DNA from: Abditibacteriaceae bacterium
GTDB lineage: Bacteria > Armatimonadota > Abditibacteriia > Abditibacteriales > Abditibacteriaceae
DNA: 27,640 bases
NCBI GenBank assembly: GCA_031425655.1
Contig: JANPJS010000308.1
Coordinates: 1-27,640, forward strand
Reading direction: 5' to 3'
Below the pieces are notes generated by a model, which saw only the letters and a list, made by a program, of their open reading frames with translations, ran no database searches and had not been told where the DNA came from. Shown piece by piece: positions 1 through 8,100 of this stretch; the first letter of the stretch is position 1; the number at the start of each line of letters is the position of its first letter. The position numbers were made by a program, and so were the translations under genes.

Positions 1-130
1 AACCCCCAACCCCCTTGGTAAGGGGGCTAAATTCAAACGCTATGGCACTACTCAAACTCGGCTTTGTGCAACAGCGTAATAAATTTAGCCCCCTTACCAT
101 GGGCGGGCGCCCTCTGGGCAGGTGGGGTTT
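1..130. repeat. REP-like inverted-repeat element (CCCCTT-N3-AAGGGG type)
   Basis: Perfect 18-bp inverted repeat TGGTAAGGGGGCTAAATT (16-33) / AATTTAGCCCCCTTACCA (82-99), extending imperfectly to 1 and about 130; the left arm is itself a CCCCTT-ggt-AAGGGG hairpin. Confidence 0.75.
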
Positions 131-160
131 TCACGAGCGGCAAAGCCGCTCTTTAGCTTC

Positions 161-178
161 CTTAACTTAATGCCATTG
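161..178. mobile_element. Possible IS4-family/MITE right terminal inverted repeat
   Basis: CTTAACTTAATGCCATTG resembles IS4-type ends (CTTAACT...CATTR) from memory; no partner end or transposase in the window. Confidence 0.3.
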
Positions 179-314
179 GGCGTTAGCCCCGCTCCTCCAA
201 AGACAACGGAATTTAAATTACAGACTATTTAGCTTGCCCGCCGCCGGAAGCCGAAAGCGCTGACCAAAAGCAACGCGCCGGAAGCGAGGGAAGACCAAAA
301 AGTGGCTGAAGTTC

Positions 315-902
315 TCATGGCGCTGCTTTTTGACTCGCGTCGAAGAATAAAATGGCATTGCCTTGTTTCTTGATAGTTGGCTTTTGCCATTTACGATGAG
401 TGAAAACTAACCCTTTTGTCTTATAAATCCCGTCCCACCGAAACTCATAAACTGCACCGCTGCGAGTTCCCACAATAGCACGTCTATCGGTTACATAAAG
501 GTTAGGATCGTCTAATCTATTGCCATATTCATGTATCTCAACGTGATAGATAAAAGGAATGTGTTTTTTGTGCTGTTTTGTGGCCTTCTTCACCACTTTT
601 TGAGTGTCGTCGGCGTCAAGAACAACTCCCACAGTCTGATCGAGCGTCCCTACTCGCCCACAATCAACAGCACCATAGATTTGCAAACCAAGCACTTTTC
701 TTGCTGCTCGCTCATCATCACCGATGGCTGGGTTGTTTATCCAAGCATTCAATCTTTTCAGATGGGCATCGCGTTTACTTATATCGGCTTTGCACTGAGC
801 GAGCCGAGGTGCGAACGCCCAAAGCAGAAGTAGAGACATCAGCGTTAAGCCAGCAAACAACGAGATTTCCTGATTCTTCAATTTTCCGCGCATTTTCGCC
901 AT
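315..902 (-). CDS. Hypothetical protein with N-terminal hydrophobic/signal segment
   Basis: 195-aa ORF; basic N-terminus followed by ISLFAGLTLMSLLLLWAFA; visibly more AT-rich than neighbouring genes; no recognised motif. Confidence 0.6.
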   Translation of the reverse strand: MAKMRGKLKNQEISLFAGLTLMSLLLLWAFAPRLAQCKADISKRDAHLKRLNAWINNPAIGDDERAARKVLGLQIYGAVDCGRVGTLDQTVGVVLDADDTQKVVKKATKQHKKHIPFIYHVEIHEYGNRLDDPNLYVTDRRAIVGTRSGAVYEFRWDGIYKTKGLVFTHRKWQKPTIKKQGNAILFFDASQKAAP

Positions 903-917
903 GCTTTCATTTCAACA

Positions 918-960
918 GAAAAAGAAGGGGCACAAAAGCGATTGCTTTTGTGCCCCTTCT
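918..960 (-). terminator. Intrinsic terminator of rpsF-ssb-rpsR
   Basis: 17-bp stem AGAAGGGGCACAAAAGC / GCTTTTGTGCCCCTTCT followed on the minus strand by a U-tract, 27 nt after the rpsR stop. Confidence 0.85.
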
Positions 961-987
961 GGTTTGCGTCCGCGTTCGGCTTGCGCT

Positions 988-1242
988 TTAGCGGTTCTGG
1001 TCAACGGTGTAAAACAGCAAGGCCATGAAGCGGGCGCGTTTCACTTGTTCGGCGATGACGCGCTGATGCTTCGCACAGTTGCCGGTATTGCGGCGCGACA
1101 AAATTTTGCCACGGTCGCTGATATACGGCTTGAGCTGCGAGGCGCTCTTATAATCCACCGACAACGCCGAATCCGCGCAAAAGCGGCACTTTTTGGCCTT
1201 CATAGGCCGCAAAGGCCGGCGGGGCCGCGCATTGAGTCGCAT
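988..1242 (-). CDS. rpsR: 30S ribosomal protein S18 (Zn-binding C+ form)
   Basis: KKCRFC...VDYK...[21 protein letters not shown]...[18 protein letters not shown]; follows ssb. Confidence 0.97.
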   Translation of the reverse strand: MRLNARPRRPLRPMKAKKCRFCADSALSVDYKSASQLKPYISDRGKILSRRNTGNCAKHQRVIAEQVKRARFMALLFYTVDQNR

Positions 1243-1304
1243 TAAATACTCCTTAACTGGTCAAACAACCGCGTGGCTGGTTGACCTTTTGACAGGCCGC
1301 GTGC

Positions 1305-2009
1305 TTATTCGTCGGCAAACGGATCGCTGTCGTCGAAATCGTAATCGTTTTGGGGATACGCCGGTTGCGCCTGCGCGCCACGCGCCGGAGCGCCTGCTGC
1401 CGGAGCACCCTGCCCGCCTTGCGGACGCGCACCTTGCGGAACATCGCCCTGTGGACGCGCTGCGCCTTGCGGACGAGCCGCCGGAGCCGCTGCCTGCGGA
1501 CGTGGAGCCGCTTGCGCTGCGCCCTGTCCGCCGCCTTGCGGAGCGCCTTGCGAACGCGCCGGAGCCGCGGCCACTTCGTCGTCGAAGTATTCGCCGCCAC
1601 CGTCGCCGCCGCCCTGCCCGCCTTGCGAACCGCCTTGCTGACGAGCCGGCATCGGGCCGCCATCGCCGCCGCCAGAGCCATCACGCGGCGATTCCAGCGT
1701 TTCCACGCCATCGCAGATGATGTCTATGCCGGTGCGGCGCGTGCCGTCCTGCGCGGTGTATTCGCTCAGTTCGATACGGCCTTCCACACACACCAGACGC
1801 CCCTTCTGAATGTATTGCTGGACGAATTCCGCCTTCTGACGCCACGCCTTGCAGCGAAAAAAGTCGGTCTGGCGTTCGCCCTGCTCGTTTTTCTGAAAGC
1901 GGTCAACCGCTATCGAGAACGTCGTTACCGCTAAACCACTGGAGGTGTAGCGCAGTTCGGGGTCGCGGGTCAGGCGACCAATGAGAATGACCCGGTTAAA
2001 CGACGGCAT
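1305..2009 (-). CDS. ssb: Single-stranded DNA-binding protein
   Basis: FNRVILIGRLTRDPELRYT OB-fold, long G/Q/P/A linker, acidic tail DFDDSDPFADE; GAGGAG RBS. Confidence 0.97.
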   Translation of the reverse strand: MPSFNRVILIGRLTRDPELRYTSSGLAVTTFSIAVDRFQKNEQGERQTDFFRCKAWRQKAEFVQQYIQKGRLVCVEGRIELSEYTAQDGTRRTGIDIICDGVETLESPRDGSGGGDGGPMPARQQGGSQGGQGGGDGGGEYFDDEVAAAPARSQGAPQGGGQGAAQAAPRPQAAAPAARPQGAARPQGDVPQGARPQGGQGAPAAGAPARGAQAQPAYPQNDYDFDDSDPFADE

Positions 2010-2155
2010 GGTTGCTCCTCTTGACGGCTCCCTATGAATTTTCCGGACGATGGGAGCCGGACAAGGCTGATCTTTTCAACTGTCCGGTGCCTTTATTTTA
2101 CTAAAGGTCGCAATCATTGAAAAGAGTGAAGGCGGTGCCTTCTCCAAACGATTTT

Positions 2156-2770
2156 TTACTGGTCTTCGCGCAAAGTCATGTGACGCAGCACAGCTTCGTC
2201 GAGTTTGAGGGCGCGGTCGAGTTCGGCGGCGGTTTCTTTGGTGAAACGGCCATTGAAGACGACATCAATGCCTTCCATCTGTTTTTTGATGGGATAGGAC
2301 AAACGACGCATTCCCGAAACGCGGACGTTGTCAATCGCGCCGCCATCTTGTTCGATGACGCTGCGAATGCGGTCGGTCACGGCTTTGGTGTCTTCGCCCA
2401 TACGCACGATGAACATCGTTTCGTATTTGCGGCCACCGGGCACTTCGATGCGTTCGGCATCGGCGGATGCGCCTTCAGCCGGCGTCAGCGTTTCGTTGAG
2501 GTCGGGTTGCGTGTCTTCACTCGGCGCGTCGGCGCTGGAAGCGTCTTCGCTGAGAGCGTCTTCGCTGGAAGCGTCGGTGCTTGGCGCGGCTTCGGTCTGC
2601 GTGTCGTCGGACGCGGATTCGGGAGAATCCTCGGTTTGATCGGCGGCAGCCTCGGTTTCCGGCCCAGTGTCTTCTAATACCGTTTCGGTCACGGCTTCGG
2701 TTTCGGTGGCGGCGTCATCGGACGCCACGGTTTCCTCCACCGGTGGAGTAATTTCTTTTTTCTTAGCCAA
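2156..2770 (-). CDS. rpsF: 30S ribosomal protein S6 with about 113-aa acidic N-terminal extension
   Basis: Core RKYETMFIV...GMRRLSYPIKK...ELDRALKLDEAVLRHM; start reassigned to TTG at 2770 downstream of GGAAGGAGGTGA SD (ORF-track start 2926 lies upstream of the promoter). Confidence 0.93.
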   Translation of the reverse strand: MAKKKEITPPVEETVASDDAATETEAVTETVLEDTGPETEAAADQTEDSPESASDDTQTEAAPSTDASSEDALSEDASSADAPSEDTQPDLNETLTPAEGASADAERIEVPGGRKYETMFIVRMGEDTKAVTDRIRSVIEQDGGAIDNVRVSGMRRLSYPIKKQMEGIDVVFNGRFTKETAAELDRALKLDEAVLRHMTLREDQ

Positions 2771-2773
2771 TCG

Positions 2774-2860
2774 TATCACCTCCTTCCCACGGACGGTCTC
2801 GCGTGGTTTTGCAAGATTTGGCCTCCAGCGCGATTGGCTCGCCGGGAGGCAGGAAGGGAA
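2774..2860 (-). ncRNA. Probable rpsF (S6:S18-binding) leader riboregulator
   Basis: Minus strand CUUCCU-GCCUCC...GGAGGC-CA...GGAAGGAGGUG: anti-SD pairing, internal helix and adjacent CCR motif, as in described S6:S18 leaders; lies between the promoter and rpsF. Confidence 0.6.
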
Positions 2861-2876
2861 ATTTGCAAGCCTTCTT

Positions 2877-2905
2877 ATTATAGGTGTCGCGCAGTGTGGG
2901 TGCAA
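2877..2905 (-). promoter_or_regulatory. Sigma70-type promoter for the rpsF operon
   Basis: TTGCAC (2905-2900), 17 bp spacer, TATAAT (2882-2877). Confidence 0.8.
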
Positions 2906-2926
2906 GCACCAACGCCACCCGGCCAC

Positions 2927-3048
2927 AAATCACCCGGCTATGAATGGCCGGGCTAAAAGACGAAGCCCCGGCGGGGCTGAGAGGTAGACTGAGGTGAGCC
3001 TCGACGAGGCTTTGTGTTTTAGCCCGGTCATTTATGACCGGGTGATTT
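2927..3048. repeat. REPIN-like composite palindrome
   Basis: 52-bp inverted arms (2927-2978 / 2997-3048, 9 mismatches), each holding two internal hairpins (CCCGG...CCGGG and AGCCYCG-n-CGRGGCT). Confidence 0.75.
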
Positions 3049-3057
3049 ATTCAATCA

Positions 3058-3957
3058 ATGGACATTCAATTAGCAATACATTCGTCGCCGCGTTTTTCGA
3101 CGTGGCTATGGATTCCCGACTGGCGCCTGCTCTGCGATGCCGGCGACGGTGCCACGCAGGCGATGGGCTACAAAATTCGCAAAATAGACACGGTCGCCAT
3201 GACGCACGCGCACCGCGACCATTTGGGCGGCTTGCTGCAAGTAGTGAATCAGCGCGGCGAGGCCGGGCCGTTCGCCCTCATTCATCCCTGCGGCTCTTCG
3301 TCATTCGGGCAACTCGAAGCGTTTGCCAATCGCTTCAATCCCGGCACGTCGCACAACGCCATCTGGCACCGCGCCGAAGAAGGCGACGAGTTTCCCACCG
3401 GCGTCGAAGGACGCTTTTTAAAAGCGTTTCGCACCCGCCATTACGCCGATGACGACTTGAATCAGCCGCCGCGCTCGCTGGGCTATCATCTTATTTGGCG
3501 CAAAATGAAAGTGCGCCCGGAATACCGCGATTTGCCGCAAAAGGAATTAGACGCGGTGCGTTTGGAAATCGGCAAAGAAGGCATCACCTCGCCGGTTGAT
3601 GAGCAATGGATTTCCATCGGCGGAGACGGCTGCCCGCTTTCGCCCGACGCGGTGCGCGGCAGCAAACTGCTGTTGCACGAAGCGACGTTTCTTTCGAGCG
3701 ACGATTACGATTCCGAAGAAGCCGGCGAGGACGTTGGCCACGTTCATTCGACGGTCGCCGAAGCGTTGCGCGTGGCGCAGGAAGCCGAAATCGAAAACGT
3801 GGTTTTGTATCATATTTCCACGCGCTATACCGATCAGGAAATCCGCGATGCCGTGCGTGCCGAAGCGCAGAAATTGAATCTCAAAGCGCGAGTTTGGGCC
3901 GCATTGCCGCGCCGTGTTTATTGGAATTTGTTGAAAGAAAAGCCGGTGTGGGAATAG
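3058..3957 (+). CDS. rnz: Ribonuclease Z (tRNase Z), Thermotoga (TM)-type, MBL fold
   Basis: FSTW...DAGDG, THAHRDH (HxHxDH), short exosite RKMKVRPEYRDL, GD, HEATF, HST, LYHISTRY. Confidence 0.85.
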   Translation: MDIQLAIHSSPRFSTWLWIPDWRLLCDAGDGATQAMGYKIRKIDTVAMTHAHRDHLGGLLQVVNQRGEAGPFALIHPCGSSSFGQLEAFANRFNPGTSHNAIWHRAEEGDEFPTGVEGRFLKAFRTRHYADDDLNQPPRSLGYHLIWRKMKVRPEYRDLPQKELDAVRLEIGKEGITSPVDEQWISIGGDGCPLSPDAVRGSKLLLHEATFLSSDDYDSEEAGEDVGHVHSTVAEALRVAQEAEIENVVLYHISTRYTDQEIRDAVRAEAQKLNLKARVWAALPRRVYWNLLKEKPVWE

Positions 3958-3970
3958 AAAAGGGAGTTTT

Positions 3971-4189
3971 ATGTCGCTTCGTATTCAGAAAAGTTGGGCG
4001 CAGTTGGGCAATCCGCAAGAAGCGGGCACGCATTCGGTGCGCGGCGTCGGCAAAATCGTGAATCTGACGCAGGAACACCTTGAAACTGTGGCTAAATATC
4101 AGGGAAACGCGATTATTGTGCTTGGTCACGTCGAATCGAGCGGCATGACGCCGGAGTGGGAAGTTCTTGAAATCCGCGCTTCGGAGTGA
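3971..4189 (+). CDS. Small hypothetical protein
   Basis: 72-aa ORF with AGGGAG RBS, 13 nt after the rnz stop. Confidence 0.65.
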   Translation: MSLRIQKSWAQLGNPQEAGTHSVRGVGKIVNLTQEHLETVAKYQGNAIIVLGHVESSGMTPEWEVLEIRASE

Positions 4190-4215
4190 CGCATCTACCA
4201 GCCGGCGATGAGGCC

Positions 4216-4896
4216 TTAACGATGCTTTTCCACACCAACTTGCTCGCACATTTCGAGCACCGGGCAGGTTGAACACTTCGGCAGCGTGCCGGTGCAAATA
4301 TGCTTGCCGAACGGCACCAGCAGACGATTAATCGTCACATGATATTGCTTTGGCAGCGCTTTTTGCAAGGCCAGCATGGTTTTTTCCGGCGTTTTGGCTT
4401 GCACATAACCCCAGCGATTGGTGACACGATGAACGTGGACATCTACGCCGATTTTCGGCACCTTGCAAGCGATGCCCATCACTAAGTTGGCGCACTTCGG
4501 CCCCACGCCATGCAAAGACAGCAGCACGTTCTCGTCGCACGGTAACTCGCCGCCAAACTCGTCAATGGCGCGCCGCGCGATGTCATGAATTGTTTGCGCT
4601 TTCGGCTCGTGAAAAGTGCAGCCGCTAATCAGAGTATCAATTTCTTCGGTGGTTAATTCGGCCATTTGCCGGGGCGTGCGCGCGACGGCAAATAATCGCT
4701 TCGCGGTCGGCAGCATGACTTCGTCGTAGGTGCGAATCGAGATGATACAGGCCGTCAGTTGCTCAAAAACCGAATCGAAGCCCTCGTCAGCGAATTCAAA
4801 GAGCGCCGCTTTAGGAAACGGGCGCACCGCTTCTTCGATGCGCGCCACGGCCTCGGCAATATCAAAAGGAATTTTCGCGGATTCAGGAGTCGCCAT
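4216..4896 (-). CDS. nth: Endonuclease III (HhH-GPD glycosylase/AP lyase, 4Fe-4S)
   Basis: HhH LHGVGPKCANLV, catalytic VDVHVHRV, C-x6-C-x2-C-x5-C cluster; start taken at ATG 4896 (MATPES). Confidence 0.92.
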   Translation of the reverse strand: MATPESAKIPFDIAEAVARIEEAVRPFPKAALFEFADEGFDSVFEQLTACIISIRTYDEVMLPTAKRLFAVARTPRQMAELTTEEIDTLISGCTFHEPKAQTIHDIARRAIDEFGGELPCDENVLLSLHGVGPKCANLVMGIACKVPKIGVDVHVHRVTNRWGYVQAKTPEKTMLALQKALPKQYHVTINRLLVPFGKHICTGTLPKCSTCPVLEMCEQVGVEKHR

Positions 4897-5000
4897 AAGG
4901 CGATGCAATCGCCGCAAAACAAAGACCGGCAACGCGCGCTCAGCGCACGTTGCCGGTCTTTGTTTGAATTGCCTTAATTTAACCCGCCTTGCCACCTATG

Positions 5001-5135
5001 GCCCTGCGATTGAAATCGCGGCTCAAGGCCGTTGGCCTATGGTCCGCCTGCGCGCACAAACCGCTCAAGAATTTGTCCGCGCAGGCGGACAATCGGCGGC
5101 GGAGCCGCCCTGAGCCGCGAATTTATTCGCCGGGC
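5001..5135. repeat. REP-like nested palindrome (GTCCGCGCAGGCGGAC / AGCCGCGA type)
   Basis: Outer inverted repeat 5001-5025 / 5111-5135, inner inverted repeat 5042-5060 / 5072-5090 (1 mismatch), with a small hairpin in each arm. Confidence 0.75.
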
Positions 5136-5160
5136 ACAATAGATAGCAAGTCGCCGCAAT

Positions 5161-8100
5161 TTACGGTGTCGTGCTGGCAATCAGGGTTACCTGCACGTTG
5201 TCCACAAAGGTTTTCGCGTAGTAGCCCTTGAATGGCACCATTTTGGTGGTGTCAACATAGGTGTTGCCCGTGGCGTTGGCCAGTGTTTGCAAATTGCCGG
5301 CGAGCGCACCCGCAGCCACCGCCGCAGTCAACGTCGAGTAGTTGGCGGCGGGCTGGCCGTCGTGCGCAGGCACATAAACGCGCGACACACTCCAGTTCAC
5401 CGATTTAAACGTGTCGGGATGGAACGGAAAACCGATCAAATTGAACCCGTTCGAGGCTGTCGGCGCTAAGCTCGCACTGCGTCGCAGCGTGACGGTGAAT
5501 TGATTCACGCTGGACGGCAGCGGGACGCGCACCGGGTTGGCCGTCGGAGGACGCTTGAAGCTGACAGGATTGCTCACGGGGCGCATGAAATATCCCTCGC
5601 CACGCTTCAAGAGCGCACCATTGCCCAGAGCGATATAAGTCTGGGTTAGGGCATCGAATCGCGTCAAACGGTAGTTGACAATGTCGTCGGCGGTGCTTAC
5701 CGTGCCTTTGGTGTCAACAATCGGTAGGGTAAAGGCCCTTTCCGGCGTAGTGGTTGCGGTTAACGCCGATGAATCCATGTAAGGAATCGAGATCATGTAA
5801 ACCGATCCCACCTGGAAATCATCGTTGGTTCCGCCACCGGTTCCGGGATCGGGGCCGTTGCCGGGCCGAATCGGAACATCGCCGAGATTCAAATCCTGCC
5901 CGATGTCTACGATGAAGCCCGGCCTCATCACCTGGTTGTCGTCGGCCACGGTGCGCAGAGCAGGGCTGGTGAAGTCCAGTCCGTAAGCTGGATCAACCGG
6001 AATGACACGACGCTCGTAACTCAGGTTGACTTGAGGCGATGCAGCCGGATTCGGATTCGGATAAACGATGCCGCTGTTGGGCGGAATATCGCCACGAGTC
6101 TGAAGATTCACATCATCCGTAAATCCGGGCAGTGGATTGAAAATCAACTCGTAAGTCTCGTTGGAAGGCACGTTGCGGAAAGCGAATCGGCCCGCGCCGT
6201 CGGTTACGGTAAGCGCTGCGTAAATGCCGCCTTGTGGGAACGAAGCCGACGCCTTGAGGGATTTGATCGAGCGAATCAGCACCGGCAGGTTTACCGCCGG
6301 TTGAATCGAAGGAATGGCATCGTTGGAGACATCCACAGTGCCTTTGTCGCTAATGGCGCGGCCACTGATGCTGCCCGGCGGCGACGGCTGCACGATGAAG
6401 TTAATATCGCGTGAGATGTCGCCACCAGTGACAAATGCGCCACTCCCCGGTCCGGGAAGAAACGAGCCGTTGGCTGAACGAATTGTGCCGTTATCGTCGT
6501 ATTGCAAAGGACGCACGGTGTAACCGCCAAAAGGCATACCGAGAATTTCGTATTCCCCGTTAGAATCGGTTTCGGCGATGAAATTCTGGCCGTTATTGCC
6601 CAGCACTTCGATCAAAAATCCGGGAATCGGTTCATTCGTTGCTCTGCTGATAACACGTCCGCTAATACCTCCGGTGTAGAAGTAAATGCGGGTCATGTTG
6701 TAGAAAATCTTGGCCCTGAAGTTTACACAGCGTGTAGGCAACCCGCTCGCCGGATTTCTGTATTTGCGATGCACGGCTTCATAGCCAAAGCCGAAGAATA
6801 CAAGGCGCGACTCCAACCCACCGGCGCGGACTTTCTCAATGCGTTGGGCCGCCAAACCACCACCGGCATAGTTGTAAAGCGGAGTAATGGTTTCTCCGGC
6901 GGCGGCAGCCGTCGGAGCGATAACGTCCATGCCCTGTTGGTTAGACGCCGCGTCTTGGTAACTGGCGTTAGGAATACCCGGAGGGATATTCAAGGTAACC
7001 GGCGGCTCTGGATTTGGGCCTTCGCCGACAGCATTGCCATTAACAATGAGCGTGTCGGCGCTCCCGTTGAGAGTATTGGCGCCGGACTCGCCGGTGTAAG
7101 TCGCTTTCAGTTCGTTCGCCAGGAAATTGTTATTAACCGTCCCGCTGTTGGATAAGGCGAACGCGACCTCCTGACCGGAGACAAACAAGCGGCCACCGGT
7201 TTCCAGATAATCCGTCAACTCTTCCTGGGTCTTGCTGTCGTAAAGCGTTCCCGGCCCGGCGAAGACAGCGCCCGTATAAGGAGAAGCCCATACCACGCAA
7301 GACGAAGCGACCGCCGTCTGGCGCGTGACATCTGGGAATAGCGTGCCGTCTTCCTGCCGATAGGGGCCGGGGATGCCGTCGCCATCTGGGTCGAGGCCAG
7401 GTATCAACTGCTCGGTGATTTGCGGACTGTAAAGCAGCAAACGGTCGAAGGGAATCGGCCCGCGACACAGAATCCGCCAGACATCAACATAGTCCGTCTG
7501 GCCGCTGACCGGGTCAACCTGAAACGAGCCTAAACTCGTCGTATCGGGGATAGGCCGTGCCGGCACCGCCAAATCTTCTGGAGTTATAGCGCCGGTAGAA
7601 CCACCGGGATTGTTCAGATAATAGCTTTCAATCGGGTCAGTCTGGATCGTGCTTCGCGGGGAAAATCCGTTGATCAGCGAAGGAAACACTTGTCCCACGG
7701 TGTAATCCGAAACGAAGAGGACTTTGTTGTTTTTGGCAAAAGTCCGCGTTGAAAATCCGTAAACATTGTCGAACGCGAACGAATTATCAGCATTATCCGT
7801 GACGAACAAGTCAATGTAAAAGTCGCCGTTGAGCGCCGTTCCTGCATCGCTGACCGTGGCAAAACTGCCTTCACAATAATAATTCCCATCGCCCTTGATG
7901 GCACCAAATTGACGTTCGTTGCCTCCGGCTGACACCGGCCCGTTGTCGAAAATCCGCAGCCTCAAGGGCAGACCCGTCGAGGAATTCGTGCTGGATGCGA
8001 TTTCGGGTTGCTGCTCTACGGCAATCTCAACGCCTATAATTGCATCAACTATGGAGTCCTGTGTTTGAAACGTGGGACGGTCGGCGTCCTTGAACTCAAC

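Noticed and set aside
1193..1934. Overlapping Arg/Ala-rich ORFs over ssb, and similar shadow ORFs across the window
   Set aside because: Alternative-frame products of GC-rich coding sequence with no motifs or RBS.
2771..2926. Longer rpsF start at 2926
   Set aside because: It spans the promoter and leader RNA; the strong SD points to TTG 2770.
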